Shown piece by piece: positions 16,997 to 25,120 of a stretch of DNA of 64,000 bases. Source of the DNA: Thermoplasmatota archaeon (GTDB taxonomy: Archaea; Thermoplasmatota; SW-10-69-26; JACQPN01; JAJPHT01). The DNA is taken from positions 1,618 through 65,617 of the forward strand of contig DATLGO010000049.1 in the NCBI GenBank assembly GCA_035540375.1. Reading direction: 5' to 3'. Below the pieces are notes generated by a model, which was given only the letters and a program-made list of their open reading frames with translations, was not told the origin of the DNA and did not search any database. The position numbers were made by a program, and so were the translations under genes. How positions within the stretch are numbered: position 1 is the stretch's first letter; the number at the start of each line of letters is the position of its first letter.

Positions 16997-18366
16997 CGCG
17001 TGGCCTCCATCGCGCGCCGCGCGGCCGCGGCGCCCGCCCGCGCGCCCTCGGCAAGCGACGTCTCGACGTTGCGGGACCCGGCCGCGGCGCCCGCGGCGTG
17101 GAAGGCGCCGACCCCCGTCCAGCCGGTCCCGTCCACAACCGCGTGAAAGCCGCCTTTCGCGGCGTCGAACGCGACGGGCGCGCCCGTCTGCTGCAATAGC
17201 TCGGGCCTGGGCGTCGCATCGTGGGCCGCGAGGAGGGCGTCCGCGTCGAGGCGCTCGACAACGCCCGCGCGCTCGACCTCGACGGCCTCCACCTGCGTCG
17301 CGCCGAGGACCGCCGCGACGCGCCGGCCTTCGAGGCGGACGACGCGGGCCGGCGGATCCCACGCAGGCTTCACGCCTTCGTCGACGAGCGTCACGTCCGC
17401 GCCCGCGGCAACGAGCGCTTCGCAGGCGACGAGCCCGTCGGGCGTCGCGCCCGCGACGACGACGCGCTTGCCGGGGAGAACGCCGTGGTCGGCGAGGAGC
17501 GCGATGGCGCCGCGCGCGCCGAAGACGCCGGGGAGGTCGTTCGAGGGAACGAGGGGCGGATTCTCGTAGGAGCCGGTGGCGAGGACGATCGCGCCCGCGC
17601 GCCAGGCCGCGAGGCCCTCCGCGTCCATCGAGACGAGCCGGGACTCCTCCGCGTACCAGGCGACGGCCTCGGTCGAGGTCCTGATCTCGACACGGTGGCG
17701 ACCGGCGCGGTCAAGGAGGTCCGCGAGCGCGGCGGGGCCGTCGGGCGCGCCCGCGACGGCGCGGGTCCAGGTCCGGAGCCGGCCGCCCGCGCGGGGCGAG
17801 GATTCGAGGAGGACCGTCCGAGCGCCCGCGGCCGCGGCGGCGACGGCGGCCGCGAGGCCCGCCGGTCCGGCGCCGACGACGAGGACGTCGGCCGTCCCCT
17901 CGCGGACGGGCACGGCCGGCGTCGCCTCGGCGGGGATCGAGGGCAGCTCGCCGCGGCCGGCCATGCGCCGGACGACGATCTTCTGCACGTCGCGCGCGAC
18001 GGGAAACCGGGCGAACTGCGTGTGGTAGTCGAGGTAACGGGGATAGGCGCGGTCGAGGAGGCCGAAGACGTCGGTTGCGGCCGAAGGCCAGGCGTTCTGG
18101 GATTCGACGACGGCGCCCGCGCGGGCGGGCTCCAGGCATGCGCGCACGCTCGGCCGGCCGTCGACGCGAACGACGCAGTTTGCGCACGCGCCCGCGTTGC
18201 AGAAGAGGCCGCGCGGACGGTGGTATCGGAGGCTTCGCGAAAGGACCTTCACGCGCGCGGCGTGCAGGGCGGCCGCGAGGGTCTCGCCCTCGTGCGCCTC
18301 GATCGCCCGTCCGTCGAACGTGAAGCGGATGGGCTTTCCGCGGGTGCGCTCGATGCGCTCGACCAC
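16993..18366 (-). CDS. Alpha-like subunit: N-terminal 2Fe-2S domain fused to an FAD/NAD(P)-binding pyridine-nucleotide oxidoreductase domain
   Basis: ORF 16993..18366. IRFTFDGRAIEAHEGETLAAAL...CNAGACANCVVRVDG, then DVLVVGAGPAGLAAAVAAAAAGARTVLLE. Confidence 0.7.
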   Translation of the reverse strand: MVERIERTRGKPIRFTFDGRAIEAHEGETLAAALHAARVKVLSRSLRYHRPRGLFCNAGACANCVVRVDGRPSVRACLEPARAGAVVESQNAWPSAATDVFGLLDRAYPRYLDYHTQFARFPVARDVQKIVVRRMAGRGELPSIPAEATPAVPVREGTADVLVVGAGPAGLAAAVAAAAAGARTVLLESSPRAGGRLRTWTRAVAGAPDGPAALADLLDRAGRHRVEIRTSTEAVAWYAEESRLVSMDAEGLAAWRAGAIVLATGSYENPPLVPSNDLPGVFGARGAIALLADHGVLPGKRVVVAGATPDGLVACEALVAAGADVTLVDEGVKPAWDPPARVVRLEGRRVAAVLGATQVEAVEVERAGVVERLDADALLAAHDATPRPELLQQTGAPVAFDAAKGGFHAVVDGTGWTGVGAFHAAGAAAGSRNVETSLAEGARAGAAAARRAMEATR

Positions 18367-18453
18367 GGCCTCACGCCCCCCGGGCGCGGGCGGCGCGTTC
18401 GGTCACGGTCAAGGTCGCTCGCTCCACGCTCGCAAACCGGCTTCGCGCCAAGA

Positions 18454-19476
18454 ATGTTTGCCCGCCCCGAACGTTTCATGCGTCGTCGCCGCCCATGGCG
18501 GGTCGTGACGGCCGCCTTCCGAGAGGCCTGGATCGTGTCGAACGGGTCGGGGACCATCACCCTCGCGGGGGGCGCGACGCAGGCGCTCGTCGGGTGGGAG
18601 AGCGCCGCGCTCGTCGGCCGCCCGCTCCACGAGACGCTCCACCCCGGGCCCGCGGAGGATTGCCCGGTGTGCGAGGCCCGGCCGGGGTCCGCCGTCTTCC
18701 GCACGGCCGACGGCGGCGAGGTCACGCTCCCGGCGACGCGGGTCTACCTCGAGGGGGACGCCGGGGCGACCCTCACGGTCCTGGGAAGCGCCGCCGGGGA
18801 GAACCAGGCCCTCCGTCGCGACTTCGAGGCGTTCGCGTACGCGGTGAGCCACGACCTCCTCGAGCCGCTCCGCACGGTGAGCGGCTTCGTGACGCTCCTC
18901 GAGAAGCGCTACCGCGGCAAGCTCGACCGCGACGCGGACGAGTTCATCGAGTTCGCGGTGAGCGGCGCGCGCCGCATGCAGGCGCTGCTCGACGCCCTCC
19001 TCGCGTTCTCGCGCGTCGCGACGCGCGGCAAGCCGCCGGCCCCCGTTCCCGCGCGCGACGCGCTCGACGAAGGCCTCGAGCCGCTGCGCAAGGACCTCGA
19101 CGCGGCGGGAGCCGTCCTCGACGTCGGGGACCTTCCGACCGTTCGCGCCGACACGCCGCAACTTGCCGAGCTGTTCCGCATTTTGGTCGACAATGCCTTG
19201 AAGTTCCGAGGGGACGCGCCGCCGAAGATCGCGATCCGCGCGCGACGGACGGGAGCCTTCTGGACGTTCACGGTCGACGACGAGGGGATCGGAATCCCCG
19301 CCGGGAGCGCGGAGGAGGTCTTCCGCATCTTCCGGCAGCTGCATCCCCGCGGGCGCTACGAAGGCGTGGGAGCGGGCCTCGCGATCGCGCGGCGCATCGT
19401 GGAGCGCCACGGCGGCGCGATCCGCGTCGAGCCGCGCGAGCGCGGAACCCGCATCGTCTTCACGTGGCCCTCATGA
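18454..19476 (+). CDS. Cytoplasmic PAS-domain sensor histidine kinase
   Basis: Tail of ORF 17221..19476 from ATG 18454 (alternative ATG 18478). H-box AVSHDLLEPLRTV, N-box LVDNALKF, G1 DDEGIGI, G2 GVGAGLAIARRIVERHGG. No TM segment. Confidence 0.8.
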   Translation: MFARPERFMRRRRPWRVVTAAFREAWIVSNGSGTITLAGGATQALVGWESAALVGRPLHETLHPGPAEDCPVCEARPGSAVFRTADGGEVTLPATRVYLEGDAGATLTVLGSAAGENQALRRDFEAFAYAVSHDLLEPLRTVSGFVTLLEKRYRGKLDRDADEFIEFAVSGARRMQALLDALLAFSRVATRGKPPAPVPARDALDEGLEPLRKDLDAAGAVLDVGDLPTVRADTPQLAELFRILVDNALKFRGDAPPKIAIRARRTGAFWTFTVDDEGIGIPAGSAEEVFRIFRQLHPRGRYEGVGAGLAIARRIVERHGGAIRVEPRERGTRIVFTWPS

Positions 19477-20205
19477 TTCACGGAAGACCACGAGCGACCG
19501 CCCGACGCCGATGACATCGCCGCTTTCGAGCGGCGCCGAACCGCCGACGGGAAGCCGGTTCCAGTTGAGGTACGTCCCGTTGCGCGCGGTCCGCAGGTCG
19601 AGGAGCCGGAAGCCCTCCGCCGTCTTCACGATCTCGCTGTTTTCGGTCGAGACGAAAGGATCGTATTCGAGGGGCACGTGCGCGTCGGCGGCGCGCCCGA
19701 TGATCCAACCGCGCGGCGCCTTCGCGGCGCTCGCCTTCAGCGGGAAGGCGCGGCCTTCGCGCACGCCGTGGACGATCACCACCTTGGGCCCGTCCTCCCA
19801 CGCGAGAGGGCGGCCTTCGCCGAGCGATTCCGTCGCGAAGGGATCGACCGCGGCGGTGGATTCGAGCCGCGACAGCTTGCGCATCTCCTCGAGGACGGCG
19901 AAAAGGCGCGCGTGATCGAGCGCGTATTCCTGGACGGCCCGCTTCCCCTTGCGCTCCGTGGACGCGACGCGCACGAGGCCGACGTCGATGAGCCGGTCGA
20001 GGTGGCCCTGGACGGCCTGGCGCGAGATCGCGCGGTCCGGGCTCCCGGCGGCCTGCGATGCCGCGGGGGTGAGCCGGATCTCGTCGAGGGTCTTCGGTCG
20101 GCGCAGGAGCGAGAGGAGCTCGAGCCGGTTCGTCGTCGCGAGCACCTTGAGGAAGGCTTCGAGGCGCTCGAAATCGATCTCGTCGGCGAGGCCGGCGCCG
20201 GGCAT
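19471..20205 (-). CDS. ArsR-type winged-HTH transcription regulator fused to a C-terminal FHA (phosphothreonine-binding) domain
   Basis: ORF 19471..20205. LKVLATTNRLELLSLLRRPKTLDEI...ISRQAVQGHLDRLIDVGLV (wHTH). WIIGRAADAHVPLEYDPFVSTENSEIVKTAEGFRLLDLRTARNGTYLNWNRL (FHA G-R...S..H/N...NGT pattern). Confidence 0.7.
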   Translation of the reverse strand: MPGAGLADEIDFERLEAFLKVLATTNRLELLSLLRRPKTLDEIRLTPAASQAAGSPDRAISRQAVQGHLDRLIDVGLVRVASTERKGKRAVQEYALDHARLFAVLEEMRKLSRLESTAAVDPFATESLGEGRPLAWEDGPKVVIVHGVREGRAFPLKASAAKAPRGWIIGRAADAHVPLEYDPFVSTENSEIVKTAEGFRLLDLRTARNGTYLNWNRLPVGGSAPLESGDVIGVGRSLVVFRES

Positions 20206-20242
20206 GGCGGCGCGATGGAGGCCGCCGCCCTTGAACGTGACG

Positions 20243-20461
20243 CTAGGATTCCGATGGGCTGGGCTCGGGCTCGACGACGTCCGCGAGCCTGCGCACGAGG
20301 AACGAGAGGTCGCCCGCGCTCGTCTCGAGCGCCTGGACGACGGCCCCCCGCTCGCCTTCGACGGCGAGGAGGGCGAGCTGGAGTCGTATGCGGCTTGCCT
20401 GCTCGGCGAGGCCGATCGCCACGGCCCGGAGGGCGCGCTCGCGATCCGTGAGGATCGTCAC
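20243..20461 (-). CDS. Hypothetical 72-aa helical protein
   Basis: ORF 20243..20461. ATGA overlap with the RHH gene stop, and GC3-rich codon usage like neighbouring genes. No family recognised. Confidence 0.4.
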   Translation of the reverse strand: MTILTDRERALRAVAIGLAEQASRIRLQLALLAVEGERGAVVQALETSAGDLSFLVRRLADVVEPEPSPSES

Positions 20462-20712
20462 GCGGGGTCCCCGACCCGCATCGGCTCCCGCGCGGCTTCG
20501 CCGAACCGGTCGTTCGTCGCGAAGTAGGCGTCGAGCGCCTCCGTCACCGCGTCGCGCATCTGCTTGCCCGTGATGACCTTGAGCGCGTGGAGCTTCACGT
20601 GGTACCCGACCGGGATCTTGACCTTGAGCTCCTTCACCACTTCCCGGTCCTTCGAGGGAGACCGGATGGACATGCGTTCGTGGCTTTTCGCCGCGGATTC
20701 GACCATCGTCAT
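20458..20712 (-). CDS. Ribbon-helix-helix (CopG/MetJ-like) DNA-binding protein (84 aa)
   Basis: ATG 20712 within ORF 20458..20967. ELKVKIPVGYHVKLHALKVITGKQMRDAVTEALDAYF fits a beta-strand/helix/helix RHH layout. Confidence 0.5.
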   Translation of the reverse strand: MTMVESAAKSHERMSIRSPSKDREVVKELKVKIPVGYHVKLHALKVITGKQMRDAVTEALDAYFATNDRFGEAAREPMRVGDPA

Positions 20713-20760
20713 CGGGACCTCATGGGACCCGCGAGGGGATGAGGAAGACGAAGGGGCGGG

Positions 20761-20772
20761 TTGCGGAGGCAA
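20761..20772. repeat. 12-nt motif TTGCGGAGGCAA, copy 1 (about 50 nt upstream of the RHH gene start)
   Basis: Exact repeat of 20956..20967. The shared context is GGCGnnTTGCGGAGGCAA. Confidence 0.6.
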
Positions 20773-20955
20773 GCGGCCCCTTGCGGGTCCCCCCGTTCGG
20801 CGCGCGAAGAAGAGGAGGCCGCGGGTCGCCGAGGAGGGGGAGGCGTTGGGGGCGACCCGCGGTTGTCCGAACCCTTCCGGGGGATCGTGGAGGCGCCGAA
20901 GCGCTTCCGGTGGCCCGATCGCAACCGCGGTCCTTGAACTGGACCAGCCGGGCGA

Positions 20956-20967
20956 TTGCGGAGGCAA
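20956..20967. repeat. 12-nt motif TTGCGGAGGCAA, copy 2 (just downstream of the protease B stop, overlapping hairpin 20964..20979)
   Basis: Exact repeat of 20761..20772. The adjacent GCAACC-GCCG-GGTTGC hairpin lies directly after the stop codon of protease B (minus strand). Confidence 0.6.
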
Positions 20968-20980
20968 CCGCCGGGTTGCG

Positions 20981-23900
20981 TCAGGCCTCCACGACGAACG
21001 ACAGGGCGCTTGCGAGCGAGCGCGCCCCGAGATGGGCCGCGACCGCGACCGCGTGGTGGCCGGGGCCGTGCGCCCTCGCGAGGCCCGTCTCGACGAGCGA
21101 CCCGGGTAGGCGGATGGTCGCGGTCCCGTCGGCGCCCGTGGCTTGCGAGAACGGGAGGCTTCTTGCGGGCAATCCTTCCCACCGGACGGAGCCCGCGACC
21201 TGCACGTTTTTCGCGATCGAGCCGTCGGCCCACCGCGCGACCGCGCGCAGATGGACGTCGTCGAGGGGGCGGACGCGTTCCGAATCCAGGAAGAACGAGA
21301 CGGTGAGCGGGGTGTCGATCGCGATCGTGAGCACGGCGACGGTCACGCCGTTCTCGCTCAGGGCGACGACGCGCGGGTTCGCGCTCGCCGCGAGGAGCGG
21401 ATTCGAGGGCGGCGCGATCGTTGCCTGGAGCTGCCAGGATCCTCCCGCTTCGAGTCCGACCTGGGTCGACGAGAGGACCCCGGTCCATCCCGAGGGCAAG
21501 CCCACGAGCGCGAGGGTGACGTTGTCGCCGGTTTCGCCCGTCGCGGTCACGACGACCGGGACGCTCGTCGCGACGCCCGGGGTCGCGGCGAGGCGCCCGG
21601 GCCCGGACAGGACGGGACTCTCGAGGGCGAGACCGTGGCGGGGCGTCACCGTCACGACGGCGGCGTCCGTGGCGGTCCTTCCCGAGGCGTCCGCGATCGT
21701 GAGGGTCACGGTGTAGACGCCGGGCGCGGCGAAGGCGTGCTTCGCGAGACGGGTCGTCGAGCCCGCCGTGCCGTCGCCCCAGTCCCAGGCGTAGGTCGAG
21801 ATCGACGTGTGGATCGCGCGGCTTGCCGCCGCGTCGAACGTGACGAGGTGCCCTGCGTCCACCCGGCGGTCGGGACCGGCCGAGGGGACGAGGGACGGTT
21901 CGGGAACGACCTCGATGACGACGGCGTCGAGCGCGAGCGCGCCGGCGTCGTCCGCGACCTCGAGCTCGACCGCGTGGGTTCCCAGCGGGAGCGAGAGGAC
22001 CGCGACGGGTCCGGAGGCGACGACGGACCCGCCGAGCCTCCAGGTGTGGCGCACGACGACCCCGTCGGGATCGAACGAGGCCGAGCCGTCGAGCGTGACG
22101 GTTTCGCGTCCGTCGCCGTCCGCCTCCGCGACGACGCGGTCGGGCCCCGCGAGGGCGACGGGAGGCAGGTTCGTGTCGGGCACGGCCTCCACGACGAGGT
22201 CGTCGACGTGCCATCCGAGGTGGCGGTTGTAGCTTCCTTCGACGCTGTCGAAGTGCAGCCGCAGCAGCACACGCCTTCCGGCGAAGGCGTCGAGCGGGAC
22301 GGATTCATCGCGCCAGGCTGGAGCGTTCGCGTCTCGGCTGTCCCACGCTCGCAGGGTCTGCCACGTGGCCCCGTTGTCAAGGCTCGCCTGCACGAGGCGT
22401 CGATCGAACGAGCCTCCGCTCGTGCGCTCCGTCTCCCACCGGTGGGCGAAGCGGAGGGCGGCGACCGAGCCGCTCGGAACGTCCACGGCGAACGTGGCCG
22501 ACCCCGCGGTGCGCGCGCCCGTGTCGTAGTCGCACGCCGCGGCGCGGTGGTAGCCGAGGTAGGAGGGGGCCGAGCGCGAGGCGCCGCAAGCGTCGGCGAC
22601 GCGCCAGAGGCCGTCGAGGACGAAGCCCTGCGCGAGACCGTCGTCGAAGTCCTCGTCCACGAGACGATGCTTCGCGACCCTCACGGTCCGCGCGTGGCGG
22701 GACTCGGCGCCGCCGTCGTCCGTGACGACGAGCGCCACCTCGTGCTCTCCTTCGGAAAGCGCGTGGGCGACGACGAACCCCTCGAGCGTCGCGCCGTCGG
22801 AGAAGGTCCACGCGGCGCGGACGATCGCGCCGTCGGGGTCGCTCGAAGCGCCCGCGTCGAAGACGCATCCGTCGAGGCCGCAGTCGCTCGCGAAGCGGGC
22901 CTGCGGCGGCTCGTTCGCGCGCACGGTCAGGACGGCGACGTCCTCGGCGGAGGCCCCCCCGGCATCGATGACGCGGAGGACGATCTCGTGGACGCCGACC
23001 GGAAGGACGACCGTGGCCGTGGCGCCGGTCGCGAGGATCGAGCCCGCACGTCGCCATTCGTGGAGCGCGAGCGCCCCGTCGGGATCGACGGATTCGCGTC
23101 CGTCGAGCGCGAAGGTCGCGAGGCCGTCGCCGTCGGGATCGCGGGCGACGCGGTCGGGCCCCGCGTACGCGACGGGCGGACGGTTTGGAAGCACGACGGC
23201 GCGGACGGTGTCCGTCGCGGCGGCGCCCTTGTCGTCGACGACGCGCAAGGTCACGACGTGGGACCCGAGGGCGAGCACCGGCGACGCGCGGACGCCGGTG
23301 GCGATCCGCGTTCCCGCGGCGTCGAGCCATTCGTGATGAACGAGGCTCCCGTCGCGGTCGCGGCTTGCGGAGGCGTCGAGGTGAACCGGCTCCCCGCCCG
23401 TTCCGTCGACGTCCCGGACGATGACGTCGGGACCGGCGTCGGCGACGGGCGGCACGTTGTCGGGCGCGATCACGCGGACGTTGTCCACGTACCATCCGCG
23501 GCCGAGGTTGTTCTCCTGGTTCACGCTGTCGAAGCGGAAGCGGAGCTTCACGACCTTGCCCGCAAACGCGTCGAGGACGAGGTGCACCCCCTGCCAGCCC
23601 GCGGGGTTCGGCGCGCGGGAGTCCCATGATTGGATCGTCGTCCAGGATCCGGCGACGTTCGCCTGGACCATCATCTGGTCGAAGGCGACGAGCGTGGGCG
23701 TGGTCTCCGTCTCCCACCAGTGCTCGAACGCGAGCGCGGCGGCGACCGCGCTCGTGAGGTCCACCGTGAACTCGGCGTCGCCGAAACTGCGCTGGTTCAG
23801 CACGTCGTAGTCGCACGCGGTGGCGCGGTGGTAGCCGAGGTAGTTCGGCAAAGACGGCGGCGTCGCGCAGGCGTCGTCCACCCGCCAGAGGCCGGTGAGC

Positions 23901-25120
23901 GTCCATCCGTCGGCGACGCCGTCGTCGAAGTCTTCCGCCGACACGACGCGATGGGGAGGCGGGATGACGGCGGCGTCGAGGAGCCGTTTCACGTCGAGGA
24001 GACCGTATCCGAACTGGACATCGCGGCCCGCGGTGCCGAGGTCGGAGGCGGTGGCCCGGAGGAGGTCCTTGAGTCCCGCGTTCGTGAGCGCGGGCAGCGC
24101 GCTCCACACGAGGGCCGCCGCGCCCGAAACGTGCGGCGCGCTCATGCTCGTTCCCGAGAGGGACTGATAGGCGTCGTCGGCGACGTGCCACGCGCTCAGG
24201 ACGGAATCGCCGGGCGCCGCGATCCACGCTTCCGCCCCGGAGGACGAGAAGTCGCAACGCGCGAGAGTACGCGTCGTGCACGTGACGGCGATCGCATTCG
24301 CGTATCGGGCCGGGTATCCGATGCAGTTCGAGCAGGGGCCGTCGTTGCCCGCGGAGGCGACGACGAGCGAGCCCTGGTGCCAAGCGTAGTCGACCGCCAT
24401 CTGCATCGGGAGGAACGCCGTCGGACCCCCAAGGCTCAGGCTCACGACGTGCCCGTCGTTGTCGGCGCACCAGGTGATGCCGCTTGCGATGTCGCTCGCC
24501 CAGCCCTGGCCCGTGGCGTCGAGGACCTTGGCCGCGAGAACCCCCACCTGCGCGACGCCCGCGATGCCCTTGCCGTTCCCCGTCGTCGCGGCCGCGATGC
24601 CGGCGACGTGCGTGCCGTGGCCGTTGTCGTCGCGGGGATCGTCGTCGAGGTTCACGAAGTCGCGACCGCCGAGGTAACGCGCGCCCGCGAGATCCTCGTG
24701 GGTCGCGCGCATTCCGGTGTCCACGATGCAGACGTTGCGCGTCGTCGACCCGACGGTCGCGTCCCAGGCCTCGGGGGCGCGGATCTGCTGGGGCCCGTAC
24801 TGCTCGGCGTAGCGCGGGTCGTTCGGGATCGCTTCGATCCAGCGGGCGTGGACGTCCTCGACCACGAAGCGCACGCGAAGGTCGCGACCCGCGAAGGCGA
24901 GGACGCGGGTCGGATCGTCCGTCTCGACCGCGAGGAAACGGAGGGCGTCGTTGCGGGCGACCACGCGGGCTCCCGCGTATTCGTCTCCCCGCTCGAGGTC
25001 GGGCAGCGCGTCGAAGCCGACGACGAGGCGGGCGAACCCGCGCTCCCCGGCCGCTTCCCCGGGCCACGCCGCCGGGAGGACGAGGAACGCGAGGAGGACG
25101 GCGACGGCGGCGCGCCTCAG
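20981..25120 (-). CDS. Giant secreted multidomain S8 subtilase B (1379 aa): signal peptide, propeptide-like region, S8 domain, 2 x [jelly-roll-like domain + PKD/Ig repeats], C-terminal module shared with protease A
   Basis: In-frame part of ORF 20981..27262; the upstream 714 codons are Arg-rich junk overlapping protease A. Triad motifs CIVDTGM, HGTHVAGIAA, GTSMSAPHVSGAAA. PKD-like WDWGDGT. The signal peptide LRRAAVAVLLAFLVLPAAWPGEAAG begins at CTG 25120, which overlaps the TGA of protease A. Confidence 0.8.
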   Translation of the reverse strand: MRRAAVAVLLAFLVLPAAWPGEAAGERGFARLVVGFDALPDLERGDEYAGARVVARNDALRFLAVETDDPTRVLAFAGRDLRVRFVVEDVHARWIEAIPNDPRYAEQYGPQQIRAPEAWDATVGSTTRNVCIVDTGMRATHEDLAGARYLGGRDFVNLDDDPRDDNGHGTHVAGIAAATTGNGKGIAGVAQVGVLAAKVLDATGQGWASDIASGITWCADNDGHVVSLSLGGPTAFLPMQMAVDYAWHQGSLVVASAGNDGPCSNCIGYPARYANAIAVTCTTRTLARCDFSSSGAEAWIAAPGDSVLSAWHVADDAYQSLSGTSMSAPHVSGAAALVWSALPALTNAGLKDLLRATASDLGTAGRDVQFGYGLLDVKRLLDAAVIPPPHRVVSAEDFDDGVADGWTLTGLWRVDDACATPPSLPNYLGYHRATACDYDVLNQRSFGDAEFTVDLTSAVAAALAFEHWWETETTPTLVAFDQMMVQANVAGSWTTIQSWDSRAPNPAGWQGVHLVLDAFAGKVVKLRFRFDSVNQENNLGRGWYVDNVRVIAPDNVPPVADAGPDVIVRDVDGTGGEPVHLDASASRDRDGSLVHHEWLDAAGTRIATGVRASPVLALGSHVVTLRVVDDKGAAATDTVRAVVLPNRPPVAYAGPDRVARDPDGDGLATFALDGRESVDPDGALALHEWRRAGSILATGATATVVLPVGVHEIVLRVIDAGGASAEDVAVLTVRANEPPQARFASDCGLDGCVFDAGASSDPDGAIVRAAWTFSDGATLEGFVVAHALSEGEHEVALVVTDDGGAESRHARTVRVAKHRLVDEDFDDGLAQGFVLDGLWRVADACGASRSAPSYLGYHRAAACDYDTGARTAGSATFAVDVPSGSVAALRFAHRWETERTSGGSFDRRLVQASLDNGATWQTLRAWDSRDANAPAWRDESVPLDAFAGRRVLLRLHFDSVEGSYNRHLGWHVDDLVVEAVPDTNLPPVALAGPDRVVAEADGDGRETVTLDGSASFDPDGVVVRHTWRLGGSVVASGPVAVLSLPLGTHAVELEVADDAGALALDAVVIEVVPEPSLVPSAGPDRRVDAGHLVTFDAAASRAIHTSISTYAWDWGDGTAGSTTRLAKHAFAAPGVYTVTLTIADASGRTATDAAVVTVTPRHGLALESPVLSGPGRLAATPGVATSVPVVVTATGETGDNVTLALVGLPSGWTGVLSSTQVGLEAGGSWQLQATIAPPSNPLLAASANPRVVALSENGVTVAVLTIAIDTPLTVSFFLDSERVRPLDDVHLRAVARWADGSIAKNVQVAGSVRWEGLPARSLPFSQATGADGTATIRLPGSLVETGLARAHGPGHHAVAVAAHLGARSLASALSFVVEA

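Noticed and set aside
17221-18453. N-terminal 411 codons of ORF 17221..19476 fused to the histidine kinase
   Set aside because: This part is antisense to the alpha-subunit oxidoreductase gene and Arg/Asp/Gly-rich. Kinase-like sequence starts only at ATG 18454.
20243-20712. RHH + 72-aa ORF as a type II toxin-antitoxin pair
   Set aside because: The gene order and sizes are suggestive. However, the 72-aa protein shows no recognisable toxin motif (no PIN, RelE, MazF or HicA-like features). It is co-operonic with a third regulator, so there is not enough support.
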